Below, in pieces: positions 24,745-35,766 of a stretch of DNA of 64,000 bases. How positions within the stretch are numbered: position 1 is the first letter of the stretch; every line of letters starts with the position of its first letter. The stretch is from positions 6,567-70,566 of the forward strand of contig JANOVM010000026.1 of NCBI GenBank assembly GCA_031417395.1, given 5' to 3'. The notes under the pieces were generated by a model. The model was given only the letters and a program-made list of their open reading frames with translations, was not told where the DNA came from and ran no database searches. A program made the position numbers and the translations under genes. The DNA comes from Bacteroidota bacterium. Its GTDB lineage: Bacteria > Bacteroidota > Bacteroidia > AKYH767-A > 2013-40CM-41-45.

Positions 24745-27273
24745 TTATTTCAAATTCTTATCAGATCTTTTTTTATTCTTGACCAGGGATTGATAATCCA
24801 GGTAATACAAAACTTTCAGAGAAACAGAGTTTGTCTGTGGACTGGAAAAGGTTTCTTTCAAGTTTGAAAAATAATTCACTGCATTATACCCAGATTCAGA
24901 AACAATGAGATTTTTATACGTAACCAGGAAAGAACTTCCCGGAGCAAATTGCCAGTTGTAAACAAGATCAATTGTAAAATAATTCGAATTAAAATCGTAG
25001 GCTTGCATATCATTTTGTGAATAATCATCGAGCTTTCCTAAAGTATTAAGCTGATAGAATTTATTATACTTTCCATTCGACCAATAATGACGAATTGAAC
25101 AGCTTAATGACATATCGTTCTTGAAGATGTAATTGGATGTAAGTGAATTTTCAAGCGTGACAACATCTCTTTTTCCGAAGACAGATGTGTCAGAACCGGC
25201 TAACGTTGCAAAACCAATTTCGCTTTTATTTTTATCATATTGATTACCTGCTTGCATTGAAAAATGGTCACTAAAACGAATTCTTGGATTAATATAATAT
25301 CCATAATTATCATTTCCATCTAATGATCTAAAATGTGAAGTGCGGCCACCAAAATCAAAAGCGAGTCTTTTATTATAATTGGTTGTAAAATTAATGCTTC
25401 CGTAAATTCCGGTTGGATTCAAATAATATTTGTCTTCAATCCTTGGTTCAAAATAGTTTTTAACTTCAATCGGATTAAATCCCATATCAGCATATATTGA
25501 CCAATTGCTGTTAAAGAGCAGAAAAAAATTAAAACCGCCGGAGAGATCTGTCAATTCATTTTTCCTGCTTATTTTTCCACTTCTGTTTGCATAAAAAGAA
25601 ATACTTCCTTGCTTAAAATGTTTCCAAAAGGGATTAAATTCATTGTAAGAATAATAACTATTTAATTGCGAATAATCATTATAGAAAAAATAACTAAGGT
25701 CATTTTTATTATATGTTTTGTCTGAAGCATCATAGGATATTCCATATTGCGACTTTCCGATTATTTTGTCAGCCCTAAATAAATAAGACGATCCTGAAAC
25801 ATTTTTCTTTTTATCTCCTTCCCATTCGAAAATATGACTCTCAGAATACTGACCAAGAAGACTATATTGGTGCTTTTTGTTTTCTAATCTTACTTGCCCT
25901 TTAGTAACATTGGCGTCCCTCGATTTACCATCCCTCATTACATTAGAATTCACAAGATAAATCTGGCTATTGTTTTTCAATTGCTGATCAAAAATAATAA
26001 GGTTGTAATTTGTTAGTGGTTCCGTGAGAATTTTTTCTCTTTCTCCATTGGATCGCTTAATGGTTGCATACGTATTATTCGTAATAGCATTCAGTAAACC
26101 TATTCCTAAACCTTTATTTGTCCTACCTGATATTTTTGTTGCATTGAGTAATTTTACTTTATCAGGATTATCCTCTAATACATCACCTTCATTCAGAGAG
26201 TTAGAAACACTATAAAATAAGTTAGGTGTTTTTCCAATTCTTCTAGAATAAAAAAGTCCTCCTTTGGAAAAAAGAGAAGTTCCTTCTTTAAAAAAAGGTC
26301 TTCTTTCAGAGTATATTGTTTCAAAAGCAGACAAATTTTTAACCTTATTGTCACTCTGTACCTGACTGAAATCTGGCAAAAGGGTCATGTCCAGAGTAAA
26401 GCTTTCATTAATTCCATATTTAATATCGGCGCCGCCACTATAGGAATAAGAGTTTTCGTAAAGGGTATTTTTACCATCAGCACCGGAAGGCGACCGTTCA
26501 GAATAAAACGACAAATAGGGTGTTAGACTAAGCCGTAATGGAGGAGTTATGTTATTAATTCCATCCATTGTTCCCCAAAAGAGCATACGATTGGAAACAT
26601 CCTTTGGTGTGAGTGACCATTGATCATATTCGCGGTTACGCCGTATTAGTCGCGCAAATTGTATACCCCAAAGCTGTTCAGTCTTCGGTGGGAAACGAAG
26701 AGCTGAATAGGGAATCCTGATTTCTAAGGACCAGCCCTCAGTTGTCAGCATTGTTTTGCTTTCCCAAACAGCATCAAAAGTCAGGTTATCATCAAACGAT
26801 TCTGACTGAACTCCTGAAGCGCTAACTTCGAAAACATAGCCTCCTTGTCTAATGTTGTATGGATCAATTCCAATTCGAAAAAAATCACTGTTTAAATCGC
26901 CTGATTCATCTCTATTGCCTAATTGATGCAGTATGCTGTCGGGATGTGAATCATATAGTATCGCTGAAAAATAAACAGCGTTATTATCGTAAAGAACTTT
27001 TACTTCTGTACGCTGACTGGCTTGAGCACCTTCAACAGGATCCAGCTGAATAAAATTTTCGGCGACATTGGCTGAATTCCATGCTGGTTCATTGGGAGTT
27101 CCATCAATTTTTATGGCTGAGCTTAATGGTTTTGCAGTGTATTTTTTGGGTTGAACTTCAGCAAAGGCGGAAAAATTAATTAGCATTAATTGCATGCTGA
27201 TTAATACAAATAGAATTGTTCTTTTTGTAAAGTCAAACGATAATAAGAAAAGTCTTCGAAAAAAGAGTGTCAA
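24745..27273 (-). CDS. DUF5916 / CBM9-like domain outer-membrane protein (copy 1)
   Basis: CBM9-like N-terminus (IKIDG...E..W, EIRIPYSALRF) and DFSQVQSD, FYSRRIG. Start placed at TTG 27273 by homology to copy 2; the ORF track starts at 27330. Confidence 0.82.
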   Translation of the reverse strand: MTLFFRRLFLLSFDFTKRTILFVLISMQLMLINFSAFAEVQPKKYTAKPLSSAIKIDGTPNEPAWNSANVAENFIQLDPVEGAQASQRTEVKVLYDNNAVYFSAILYDSHPDSILHQLGNRDESGDLNSDFFRIGIDPYNIRQGGYVFEVSASGVQSESFDDNLTFDAVWESKTMLTTEGWSLEIRIPYSALRFPPKTEQLWGIQFARLIRRNREYDQWSLTPKDVSNRMLFWGTMDGINNITPPLRLSLTPYLSFYSERSPSGADGKNTLYENSYSYSGGADIKYGINESFTLDMTLLPDFSQVQSDNKVKNLSAFETIYSERRPFFKEGTSLFSKGGLFYSRRIGKTPNLFYSVSNSLNEGDVLEDNPDKVKLLNATKISGRTNKGLGIGLLNAITNNTYATIKRSNGEREKILTEPLTNYNLIIFDQQLKNNSQIYLVNSNVMRDGKSRDANVTKGQVRLENKKHQYSLLGQYSESHIFEWEGDKKKNVSGSSYLFRADKIIGKSQYGISYDASDKTYNKNDLSYFFYNDYSQLNSYYSYNEFNPFWKHFKQGSISFYANRSGKISRKNELTDLSGGFNFFLLFNSNWSIYADMGFNPIEVKNYFEPRIEDKYYLNPTGIYGSINFTTNYNKRLAFDFGGRTSHFRSLDGNDNYGYYINPRIRFSDHFSMQAGNQYDKNKSEIGFATLAGSDTSVFGKRDVVTLENSLTSNYIFKNDMSLSCSIRHYWSNGKYNKFYQLNTLGKLDDYSQNDMQAYDFNSNYFTIDLVYNWQFAPGSSFLVTYKNLIVSESGYNAVNYFSNLKETFSSPQTNSVSLKVLYYLDYQSLVKNKKRSDKNLK

Positions 27274-27348
27274 GTAATTAATGGTTTTTCGCAAACATAA
27301 ATAATTCCAAATTAAATTGTGGTTAATCAAATGTTAAAAATACAGGAT

Positions 27349-29865
27349 TTATTTGAACTTCATTTTTCTCCTGACTAATAATTGATAGTCCAGATAATAT
27401 AAAACTTTCAGCGATATTGAGTTTACCTGAGGACCGGAAAGAGTTTCTTTCAGATTTGCAAAGTAACTCCTTGTATCATTCTCTGATTCAGATAGTATAA
27501 GGTTTTTATAAGTTACCAGAAAGGAACTTCCCGGCGCAAATTGCCAGTTGTAAACAAGATCAACCGTAAAATAATTTGAATTAAAATCATAAGCTTGCAT
27601 ATTGCTTTGTGAATACTCAATTAGCCTTCCTGCAGAATTTAACTGATAGAATTTATTATACATTCCATTAGACCAGTAATGACGTATGGAAAAAGTCAAC
27701 GACATGTCGTTTTTAAAGATATAATTGGAGGTAATAGAATTTTCAATTGTAACTACTTCTCTTTTTCCGAAAATTGACGTATCCAAACCCATAATTGTCG
27801 CAAATCCTATTTCATTATTATTTTTGTTGTATTTATTTTCAATTTGTAAAATAAAATGATCGCTGAAACGAATTCTTGGAATTATATAGCATCCCCAATT
27901 ATCACTTCCTTCAATTGTTTTGACGTGGGAATAAAATCCTCCAAAATTGAAAGCGAGTTTTTTATTATAATCTGTTGTTAAATCAAAGCTATTAAAAAAT
28001 GATTTAGGATTCAGATAAAACCGATTTTCAATTCTTGGTTCATAATAGTTTTTCCCGTCAACCGGGGATACTCCATATTCTGTATAAAGTGACCAGTTAT
28101 TATTAAAAATAAGAAATAGTTTAATGCCACCTAAAAGATCCGTCAGTTCATTCTTTCTGCTTAAACTTCCTCTTCTGTTTGCATAAAGCGTTATACTTCC
28201 TTGTTTAAAATACTTCCAGAAAGGATTGTATTCGCCGTATGCAAAATAACTGTTGAGCTGTGAAATATCGTTGTAAAATAAATAACTTAAATCGCTTTTG
28301 TTGTATGTTTTTTCTACGGATTCATACGATAAGCCATAAAGAGCTTTGCCGATTATTTTATCAGCTGCAAAATACATTGCTGAACCTGAAACATCGTGCT
28401 TTTTATCATCTGTCCATTCGAAAATATGGCTTTCCGAATAATTTCCGCGAAGACTGTATTGGTTCTTTTTATTTTCAAATTTAACTTCGCCTTTTGTAAC
28501 ATTGGCATCTCTGGATTTACCATTACGCATGACGTTAGTATTGACAAGATAAATGGAACTATTGTGTTTCAATTGCTGATCAAATACAATAAGGTTGTAG
28601 TTTGTCAAAGGTTCTGTTAGAATTTTTTCTATTTCTCCATTCGATCGTTTTATTGTAGCATAGGTATTATTCGAAACAGCATTCAGAAAGCCTATCCCCA
28701 GTCCTTTATTTGTCCTGCCGGATAATTTTGTTGCATTGAGTAATTTTACCTTATCAGGATTATCATCTAAAACATCGCCCTCTTTCAGATAAAATGGAAC
28801 ATCATAAAACAATGCCGGCGTTTTCCCAATCCGCCGCGAATAAAAAAGTCCGCCCTTGGAAAATAAAGAAGTTCCTTCATTAAAAAATGGTCTTTTTTCG
28901 GAATATATTGTTTCAAAAGCTGATAGGTTTTTAACTTTGTTGTCGCTTTGTACCTGGCTGAAATCAGGTAAGAGTGTCATGTCTAAAGTAAAACTTTCAT
29001 TAATCCCGTATTTTATATCAGCACCTCCACTATAAGAATTAGACGATTCATATTTCTTGTCTAAATAATAAGTTTTTGACGGAGAGCGCTCAATATAAAA
29101 AGATAAATACGGCGTTAAACTCAATCGGAGTGGTGGAGAAATATTTTTAATCCCATCCATTGTTCCCCAATAAAGCATACGATTTGAAATATCTTTAGGC
29201 GTCAGTGTCCATTGATCGTGCTCGTTATTACGTTTGATTATCCGGGCAAATTGTACAGCCCAAAGTTGTTCTTCCTTTACAGGAAAACGAATGGCTGAAT
29301 AAGGAATTTTTATTTCTAATGACCAACCGAATTCACTTATACTTACATCGCTTTCCCAAACAGCATCAAAGTTCAGATCCTCGTCGTAAGATTCAGATTG
29401 TACTCCGGAAGCGCTTACCTCAAATACATAACCATTTTGTCTTTGGTTGTATGGGTCAATACTTACACGAAATCCATCGCTGTTTAAGTTCCCTGATCCA
29501 TCTCTGTTTCCAAATTGATGAAGAATACTATCAGAATGAGTGTCAAAAAGAACAGCTGAAATATAAATCGCAGTGTTATCGTACAAAACTCTTACTTCAG
29601 AAATTTGGCTTGCAAGAGCCCCTTCTTTAGGATCTAGTTGAATAAAATCATTAGCCACATTTGCCGAAGTCCATGCTAGCTCATTCGGAGTACCGTTAAT
29701 TGTAATGGCTGATGTCAGAGGTTTAGCGGTGTATTTTTTAGGTTGAACTTCAGCAAAGGAGTTGTAATCAACCAATAATATTTGAAGTATTACTAAAACA
29801 AAAAGAATTGATTTTTTTGTTAAGTCAAAAGAGATTAAAAAAATATTTTGGAAAAAGTGCACCAA
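27349..29865 (-). CDS. DUF5916 / CBM9-like domain outer-membrane protein (copy 2)
   Basis: Collinear paralog of 24745-27273 with long identical blocks; TTG start. Confidence 0.82.
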   Translation of the reverse strand: MVHFFQNIFLISFDLTKKSILFVLVILQILLVDYNSFAEVQPKKYTAKPLTSAITINGTPNELAWTSANVANDFIQLDPKEGALASQISEVRVLYDNTAIYISAVLFDTHSDSILHQFGNRDGSGNLNSDGFRVSIDPYNQRQNGYVFEVSASGVQSESYDEDLNFDAVWESDVSISEFGWSLEIKIPYSAIRFPVKEEQLWAVQFARIIKRNNEHDQWTLTPKDISNRMLYWGTMDGIKNISPPLRLSLTPYLSFYIERSPSKTYYLDKKYESSNSYSGGADIKYGINESFTLDMTLLPDFSQVQSDNKVKNLSAFETIYSEKRPFFNEGTSLFSKGGLFYSRRIGKTPALFYDVPFYLKEGDVLDDNPDKVKLLNATKLSGRTNKGLGIGFLNAVSNNTYATIKRSNGEIEKILTEPLTNYNLIVFDQQLKHNSSIYLVNTNVMRNGKSRDANVTKGEVKFENKKNQYSLRGNYSESHIFEWTDDKKHDVSGSAMYFAADKIIGKALYGLSYESVEKTYNKSDLSYLFYNDISQLNSYFAYGEYNPFWKYFKQGSITLYANRRGSLSRKNELTDLLGGIKLFLIFNNNWSLYTEYGVSPVDGKNYYEPRIENRFYLNPKSFFNSFDLTTDYNKKLAFNFGGFYSHVKTIEGSDNWGCYIIPRIRFSDHFILQIENKYNKNNNEIGFATIMGLDTSIFGKREVVTIENSITSNYIFKNDMSLTFSIRHYWSNGMYNKFYQLNSAGRLIEYSQSNMQAYDFNSNYFTVDLVYNWQFAPGSSFLVTYKNLILSESENDTRSYFANLKETLSGPQVNSISLKVLYYLDYQLLVRRKMKFK

Positions 29866-30056
29866 GTAATTTAGGGTATTTTACAAACATAATTAATTCT
29901 TTTATAAATCATATTATATAAATTACGAGCTTTGTTCACAGCTTTACCTCTTCAATGAGTATATATCGAATAAATTATATTTGATTATTAATTAACTCAA
30001 TATAATTTATTTTCATATTTTTACACAAAATAATCCTTGTATCTAACCTAATAACA

Positions 30057-30743
30057 ATGTATAAAAAATATTTATTGAATCTGCTTTTTATTTTTTCAAT
30101 TATTTCTGCGAAGGGGCAGTCCTGCGAAGCGTATTTCCCACTCACCAAAGGTGCTGTAATGGAACTGACTTCTTATAATGAAAAAAACAAGCCCCAAACG
30201 GTTTGCACTACTATCATTCAGAATGTAGAAAATATGGGCAATGACGTAAATCTTACTCTTCATGCAGATATTGTTGATGAAAAAAACAAACCTGTTTCTA
30301 AAGTTGATTACGATGCAAGATGCAGCGAAGGTTCCTTTTTCATTAATATGAAGAGCCTTATTTCATCCGATCAATTAAAAGCGTGGGAAAGTATGACTGT
30401 GAAAATCGATGCAAATGATGTTTCATATCCGCTAAACTGCACAGCCGGACAAAAACTCGAAGACGCTTCGCTTAAAGTTGATGTTTTTATGAATGATATG
30501 AAAATGCCTGGCATGACAATAAATGTAATTGACAGAAAAGTAATTGGTATGGAAAGTATTACAACTCCTGCCGGTACATTTGAGTGTGTTAAAATTTCGG
30601 CTACTCAAAAAGTGAAATATATAGTAGGCTATGAAATGCGTACCATTGAATGGTTGTCAAAAGGCAATGGAATTATTCGGTCAGAGTCCTATAAAGGGGA
30701 GAAGCTAAAAGGTTATACACTGATGACAAAGCTTACTAAGTAA
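30057..30743 (+). CDS. Secreted hypothetical protein (DUF3108/TapB-like beta protein)
   Basis: Signal peptide; ESITTPAGTFECVKI...EWLSKGNGIIRSESY motif typical of this group. Confidence 0.65.
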   Translation: MYKKYLLNLLFIFSIISAKGQSCEAYFPLTKGAVMELTSYNEKNKPQTVCTTIIQNVENMGNDVNLTLHADIVDEKNKPVSKVDYDARCSEGSFFINMKSLISSDQLKAWESMTVKIDANDVSYPLNCTAGQKLEDASLKVDVFMNDMKMPGMTINVIDRKVIGMESITTPAGTFECVKISATQKVKYIVGYEMRTIEWLSKGNGIIRSESYKGEKLKGYTLMTKLTK

Positions 30744-30824
30744 GTTTTAGTTTTGTTGAAATAATTAGTCATATAAAATTAATAATCAATAATTTATAGT
30801 GTTCAATTATTAATTTTGTTTCTT

Positions 30825-31346
30825 ATGAAAGTTGCACCTCCTTCTTTTGAAGATCTAAGTACATATTACAGGGAATACTGGAAATATCTTTCCGGCAATG
30901 ATTTAATTGAAGCTCTGGAAAATCAAAGTGAATCTGTTTTAACTTTAATAAATCAAATACCCGCAAATAAAGAGGATTTTAGGTATGCTGAAGGCAAGTG
31001 GATGGTAAAAGAACTTATTGGCCATCTGATAGATGTTGATCGTATTTTATCTTACAGAGCATTGCGTTTTGCCCGAAACGATCAGACTGCCCTGGCAAGC
31101 TTTGATGAAGATCAATACATGTTAGAAAGTAATTTTAAGTCTCGTTCTTTAAAGGATATTGCTCTTGAATGGAATACAGTAAGAAAGGCAACTTTAAGCC
31201 TTTTTGTTAATTTAGATGCTGCTACCCTTGATCGTACAGGTATTGCCGGCTCTAGCCAGGTAAGTCCAAGGATAATTCTTTATTTCATTTTGGTTCATGA
31301 ACATCACCACATAGAAATACTTAAAAACAGGTATCTTTCTGTATAA
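30825..31346 (+). CDS. DinB family protein
   Basis: YAEGKWMVKELIGHL and HEHHH metal-binding His pattern; ATG at 30825. Confidence 0.88.
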   Translation: MKVAPPSFEDLSTYYREYWKYLSGNDLIEALENQSESVLTLINQIPANKEDFRYAEGKWMVKELIGHLIDVDRILSYRALRFARNDQTALASFDEDQYMLESNFKSRSLKDIALEWNTVRKATLSLFVNLDAATLDRTGIAGSSQVSPRIILYFILVHEHHHIEILKNRYLSV

Positions 31347-31365
31347 TCTGTTTGCTTATTTATTC

Positions 31366-31373
31366 TATTTTTG
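31366..31373 (+). promoter_or_regulatory. -7 promoter box upstream of sucC
   Basis: TATTTTTG matches TAnnTTTG. Confidence 0.5.
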
Positions 31374-31447
31374 CGCCCAATGATATTGGCTTTTCAGTGT
31401 GATATCAGGTAAATAAAACAATTATTAATCCTATTAGATAAACTCCC

Positions 31448-32641
31448 ATGAATATCCACGAATATCAAGGAAAATCAATTTTAAAATCATTTGGCGTAGG
31501 AATACAGGAAGGTATTGTTGCAGATACTCCTGCCGATGCAGTAAATGCCGCAAAAGAATTAAGTAAGCAAACCGGAACTCAATGGTGGGTTGTAAAAGCG
31601 CAGATACATGCCGGTGGTCGTGGAAAGGGTGGCGGGGTAAAACTTGCTAAATCATTAGATGAGGTTAAAGAAAAAGCAGAAGCAATTCTGGGTATGAACC
31701 TGGTTACAGTTCAAACCGGTCCACAAGGAAAACTTGTACGTAAGGTTCTCATTGCTCAGGATGTTTATTATCCCGGAGCATCTCCAACGAAAGAATTTTA
31801 TATGAGCGTTCTGCTCAACCGTCAGAACGCTAAAAATATAATTATGTATTCGACAGAAGGTGGAATGGATATTGAACACGTAGCAGAAAAAACACCTCAT
31901 CTGATTTTCAAAGAAGAGATTGATCCCGCTACAGGATTACAACCCTTTCAGGCAAGGAAGATTGCTTTTAACCTTGGCCTAAGCGGCGAAGCCTTCAAGC
32001 AAATGGTCAAATTCGTTGCTGCACTTTATAAAGCATACGATTCCATTGATGCTTCTATGTTTGAAATTAATCCCGTACTGAAAACATCAGACGATAAAAT
32101 ACTAGCCGTAGATGCCAAAGTAAATTTCGACGACAATGGATTGTTTCGTCATCCGGATTATCTGGCCATGCGTGATGTTACAGAAGAGGATCCCACAGAA
32201 GTAGAAGCAGGCGAACACAATCTGAATTATGTAAAGCTTGATGGAAATGTAGGTTGCATGGTTAATGGCGCCGGTTTAGCCATGGCCACAATGGATATTA
32301 TTAAACTTGCCGGTGGTGAGCCTGCGAATTTCCTTGATGTGGGCGGTACTGCTAATGCAGCAAGAGTAGAACAAGCTTTCCGAATTATTCTTAAAGATCC
32401 TAATGTTAAAGCATTATTAGTAAATATTTTTGGCGGAATCGTTCGTTGCGACAGAGTTGCACAGGGTATTGTTGATGCCTGCAAGAATATTGGAACTATT
32501 AATATTCCTATTATTGTCAGACTTCAGGGAACAAATTCAATAGAAGCAAAAAAAATCATTGACGAAAGCGGCTTAAAAGTTTTTTCAGCAATACAGCTTA
32601 AAGAAGCAGCTGACCTGGTTGCTCAATTGTTGAAAAAATAG
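31448..32641 (+). CDS. sucC: Succinyl-CoA synthetase beta subunit
   Basis: MNIHEYQGK, KAQIHAGGRGKGGGV, GCMVNGAGLAMATMD and NFLDVGG. Confidence 0.98.
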   Translation: MNIHEYQGKSILKSFGVGIQEGIVADTPADAVNAAKELSKQTGTQWWVVKAQIHAGGRGKGGGVKLAKSLDEVKEKAEAILGMNLVTVQTGPQGKLVRKVLIAQDVYYPGASPTKEFYMSVLLNRQNAKNIIMYSTEGGMDIEHVAEKTPHLIFKEEIDPATGLQPFQARKIAFNLGLSGEAFKQMVKFVAALYKAYDSIDASMFEINPVLKTSDDKILAVDAKVNFDDNGLFRHPDYLAMRDVTEEDPTEVEAGEHNLNYVKLDGNVGCMVNGAGLAMATMDIIKLAGGEPANFLDVGGTANAARVEQAFRIILKDPNVKALLVNIFGGIVRCDRVAQGIVDACKNIGTINIPIIVRLQGTNSIEAKKIIDESGLKVFSAIQLKEAADLVAQLLKK

Positions 32642-32713
32642 AATGTGATTTAATTATTTCATTCTTTTCGGCTTTATACTATTAACAAGAATATTTTTTG
32701 AAAATTAAATACA

Positions 32714-33595
32714 ATGAAAGTTCTTTCTAATGAAGATGCATTTCTGGCTATTCCTGAGCCGGAACTTTGTTCTTTAAAGAAATCAAAATACGTAATTCAA
32801 CAAGTACCTTATGAACACACATCGTCGTATATAGAAGGTTCTAAATTAGGTCCTGCAGCCATAGTCAACGCTTCGCATTTTGTAGAATTCTACGACGAGG
32901 AGTTAGATATGGAAACCTATAAAAAATGGGGAATAGCTACTTTGGAACCCCTTGATTTTACCGGTAAGACCGATGAAGCTGCCGTTAATTATATCGACGA
33001 ACAGACAGAAGCTTTAATCAAGGAGGGAAAATATGTTATCTCTTTAGGTGCTGAACATACAGTTACCAATGGATTTGTTCGCGCACATAAACGAAAATAT
33101 CCCAAGCTTGCAGTTTTACAGATTGACGCTCATTCCGATCTCCGCGAATCGTATCACGACAATATTTATTCACACGCTTCTGTAATGAAGCGTATTCATG
33201 ATATGGGTATACCGCTGGTGCAAATCGGTATTCGTGCTCAATGCAAAGAAGAAGCTGACTTAATAAAAAGTTCTCCGATTATCGATACTTTTTATGCTCA
33301 TTATATCAGAAAAAATCCTTCATGGATGAAAGAAGCGCTGGATAAGCTTCCCGAGAATGTATATCTTACCATCGATGCAGATGGTTTTGATCCTGCTGTT
33401 GTTCCCGCAGTTGGAACAGCAGAGCCCAATGGTTTGTTCTGGAATGAAACCCTGGAGTTTCTGAAATTAGTTTGCAGCAAAAGAAAGGTTGTAGGTTTTG
33501 ACATCGTTGAATGTGCCCCCATTGAAGGTTCCATTCTTTCAGAATATACATTGGCCAAACTTTTATACAGGATAATCGGATATCTGGAATTATAA
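32714..33595 (+). CDS. speB: Agmatinase (ureohydrolase family)
   Basis: GAEH, DAHSDLR and DADGFDP...PAVGT motifs. Confidence 0.85.
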   Translation: MKVLSNEDAFLAIPEPELCSLKKSKYVIQQVPYEHTSSYIEGSKLGPAAIVNASHFVEFYDEELDMETYKKWGIATLEPLDFTGKTDEAAVNYIDEQTEALIKEGKYVISLGAEHTVTNGFVRAHKRKYPKLAVLQIDAHSDLRESYHDNIYSHASVMKRIHDMGIPLVQIGIRAQCKEEADLIKSSPIIDTFYAHYIRKNPSWMKEALDKLPENVYLTIDADGFDPAVVPAVGTAEPNGLFWNETLEFLKLVCSKRKVVGFDIVECAPIEGSILSEYTLAKLLYRIIGYLEL

Positions 33596-33598
33596 ATC

Positions 33599-35086
33599 AT
33601 GAAAAAAATTCTTATAGCCAATAGAGGTGAAATTGCTATCCGTGTCATGCGTTCGGCGCGTGAATTGGGCATAGCGACTGTTGCTGTATATTCCGAAGCA
33701 GACAGGAATGCTTTACACGTTCGTTATGCAGATGAAGCTATTTGCATTGGTCCGGCAAAATCATCACAAAGTTATTTAGTTTCTGAAAAAATAATTGCTG
33801 CTGCAAAAGAATGTGGTGCAGATGCCATTCATCCCGGATACGGCTTTTTGTCAGAAAACGCTGACTTCGCTGATATGGTTGAGGCTGCAGGAATTACTTT
33901 TATTGGTCCTTCCGGTTCTTCCATGCGGAAAATCGGAAGTAAGATTGCCGCTAAAGAAACTGCAAAAGCTATTAATGTTCCACTTGTACCGGGTACAGTT
34001 AAAGCAGTAGAAAATATTAAAGAAGCGAGAACAATTGCAGAAGGAATAGGTTTCCCTGTTTTAATAAAAGCTTCAGCAGGCGGCGGTGGAAAAGGAATGA
34101 GAATCGTTCATTCTGATAAAGAATTCGAAGAACAAATGAAATTGGCTATCAGTGAAGCAAAATCTGCTTTTGGCGACGGTTCAGTTTTTATTGAACGATA
34201 TGTTTCATCACCGCGTCATATTGAAATTCAGGTACTGGGCGATAAGCATGGAAACATTGTTCATCTTTTTGAAAGGGAATGCAGTATTCAGCGCCGGCAT
34301 CAAAAAGTTATTGAAGAAGCGCCGTCTTCGGTTTTATCTCCCGCTTTGCGAAATGAAATGGGAAATTGCGCCGTTCAGATTGCACGTGCTTGCGGTTATT
34401 ATAGTGCAGGAACGGTAGAATTTCTTCTAGATGAAAAAATGAATTTTTATTTTCTCGAAATGAATACGAGGCTTCAAGTCGAGCATCCGGTCACTGAATT
34501 TATAACCGGACTTGATTTGGTGAAGGAACAAATACGAATTGCAAAAGGAGAAAAACTAACCTTCAAACAAGAAGATTTGAAAATAACCGGTCACGCAATT
34601 GAGGTAAGGGTATATGCAGAAGATCCTGAAAATAATTTCTTGCCGGATATTGGCACATTGTCTTCCTATAAAATTCCTCAAGGACCCGGTGTTCGCGTCG
34701 ATGACTCTTATGAAGAAGGAATGGAAATTCCAATTTACTATGATCCTATGATTGCAAAACTTATTACTTATGGCAAAGATAGGAGCGAGGCCATTGATCG
34801 TATGAAGCGTGCTATTGATGATTATACTATTAGCGGCGTAACAACAACACTTGGCTTCTGCCGTTTTGTTATGGATCATAAAGCTTTTACTTCAGGAAAA
34901 TTCGACACTCATTTCGTTAAAAATCACCAAAAGGTAAATGAATTACCTTTACTTTCTGAAGATGAAATGAAAATTGCATCCATTTTGGCTGTAAATGCAA
35001 TTCGTGGATCGAATTCTGCAAGTGTTCAAAATAAATCAGCCAACAATCATGTTTCTAATTGGAAGCAAAATAGAATTCAGGAATAA
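33599..35086 (+). CDS. accC: Biotin carboxylase subunit of acetyl/propionyl-CoA carboxylase
   Basis: ILIANRGEIA, HPGYGFLSEN, ERECSIQRRHQK and EMNTRLQVEH. Confidence 0.9.
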   Translation: MKKILIANRGEIAIRVMRSARELGIATVAVYSEADRNALHVRYADEAICIGPAKSSQSYLVSEKIIAAAKECGADAIHPGYGFLSENADFADMVEAAGITFIGPSGSSMRKIGSKIAAKETAKAINVPLVPGTVKAVENIKEARTIAEGIGFPVLIKASAGGGGKGMRIVHSDKEFEEQMKLAISEAKSAFGDGSVFIERYVSSPRHIEIQVLGDKHGNIVHLFERECSIQRRHQKVIEEAPSSVLSPALRNEMGNCAVQIARACGYYSAGTVEFLLDEKMNFYFLEMNTRLQVEHPVTEFITGLDLVKEQIRIAKGEKLTFKQEDLKITGHAIEVRVYAEDPENNFLPDIGTLSSYKIPQGPGVRVDDSYEEGMEIPIYYDPMIAKLITYGKDRSEAIDRMKRAIDDYTISGVTTTLGFCRFVMDHKAFTSGKFDTHFVKNHQKVNELPLLSEDEMKIASILAVNAIRGSNSASVQNKSANNHVSNWKQNRIQE

Positions 35087-35090
35087 ATTA

Positions 35091-35735
35091 ATGGACGAAA
35101 ATATTTCAATGCGCATTTGTGCAAAGCGTACTTCAGGCTTTTTTTTCATTTTATTTTTTTTCTTCGCCATTATTGGAAATGTTTATTCTCAAGAACCTAT
35201 TCAGGTAAAAGAAGGAGTTAAACTCCCTTTTATTGTTGAGGGAAGCGACACCATTCCTGTCGTAAATCTTCCAATAGTTAATATTAGCGACTATGCTAAT
35301 CCGGACTACCTTAAAAATTTAAAAGAATATTACAGACTTCGTTTTAACGTTATAAAGGTTTATCCTTATGCCAGACTTGCTGCTGTCAAATTAAATGAAA
35401 TGAATAGCAGAATGGCTTTGATGAAAACGGATCGTGAAAAAAGGAAGTATAGAAAAACAGTTGAAGAACAAGTTCGTAAAGATTTTGAAGAACAGGTAAA
35501 AAAGCTGAGCATTAATCAGGGCAATGTCCTTATTAAATTAATTGACAGAGAAACCGGTAATACTACCTATGATCTTATTAAACAATTAAAAGGTTCTTTA
35601 AATGCTTTTTTCTCTCAAGGTATAGCAAAACTTTTCGGCCACGACCTTAAAGACGAATACGACCCAACGCAAGGGCAGGATAAAACGATTGAAAATATTG
35701 TTCAGCAGATTGAGCGGGGGGAGATTACTTTTTGA
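35091..35735 (+). CDS. DUF4294 family protein
   Basis: KVYPYA, GNVLIKLIDRETG and LKGSLNAFF; start moved to the ATG at 35091, just after the accC stop. Confidence 0.85.
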   Translation: MDENISMRICAKRTSGFFFILFFFFAIIGNVYSQEPIQVKEGVKLPFIVEGSDTIPVVNLPIVNISDYANPDYLKNLKEYYRLRFNVIKVYPYARLAAVKLNEMNSRMALMKTDREKRKYRKTVEEQVRKDFEEQVKKLSINQGNVLIKLIDRETGNTTYDLIKQLKGSLNAFFSQGIAKLFGHDLKDEYDPTQGQDKTIENIVQQIERGEITF

Positions 35736-35766
35736 TTTCTCTATTTACTGAGGAATTTTTATACTC

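Noticed and set aside
15031-32641. sucD and sucC being unlinked
   Set aside because: Separation of these genes is common in Bacteroidota; not unusual.
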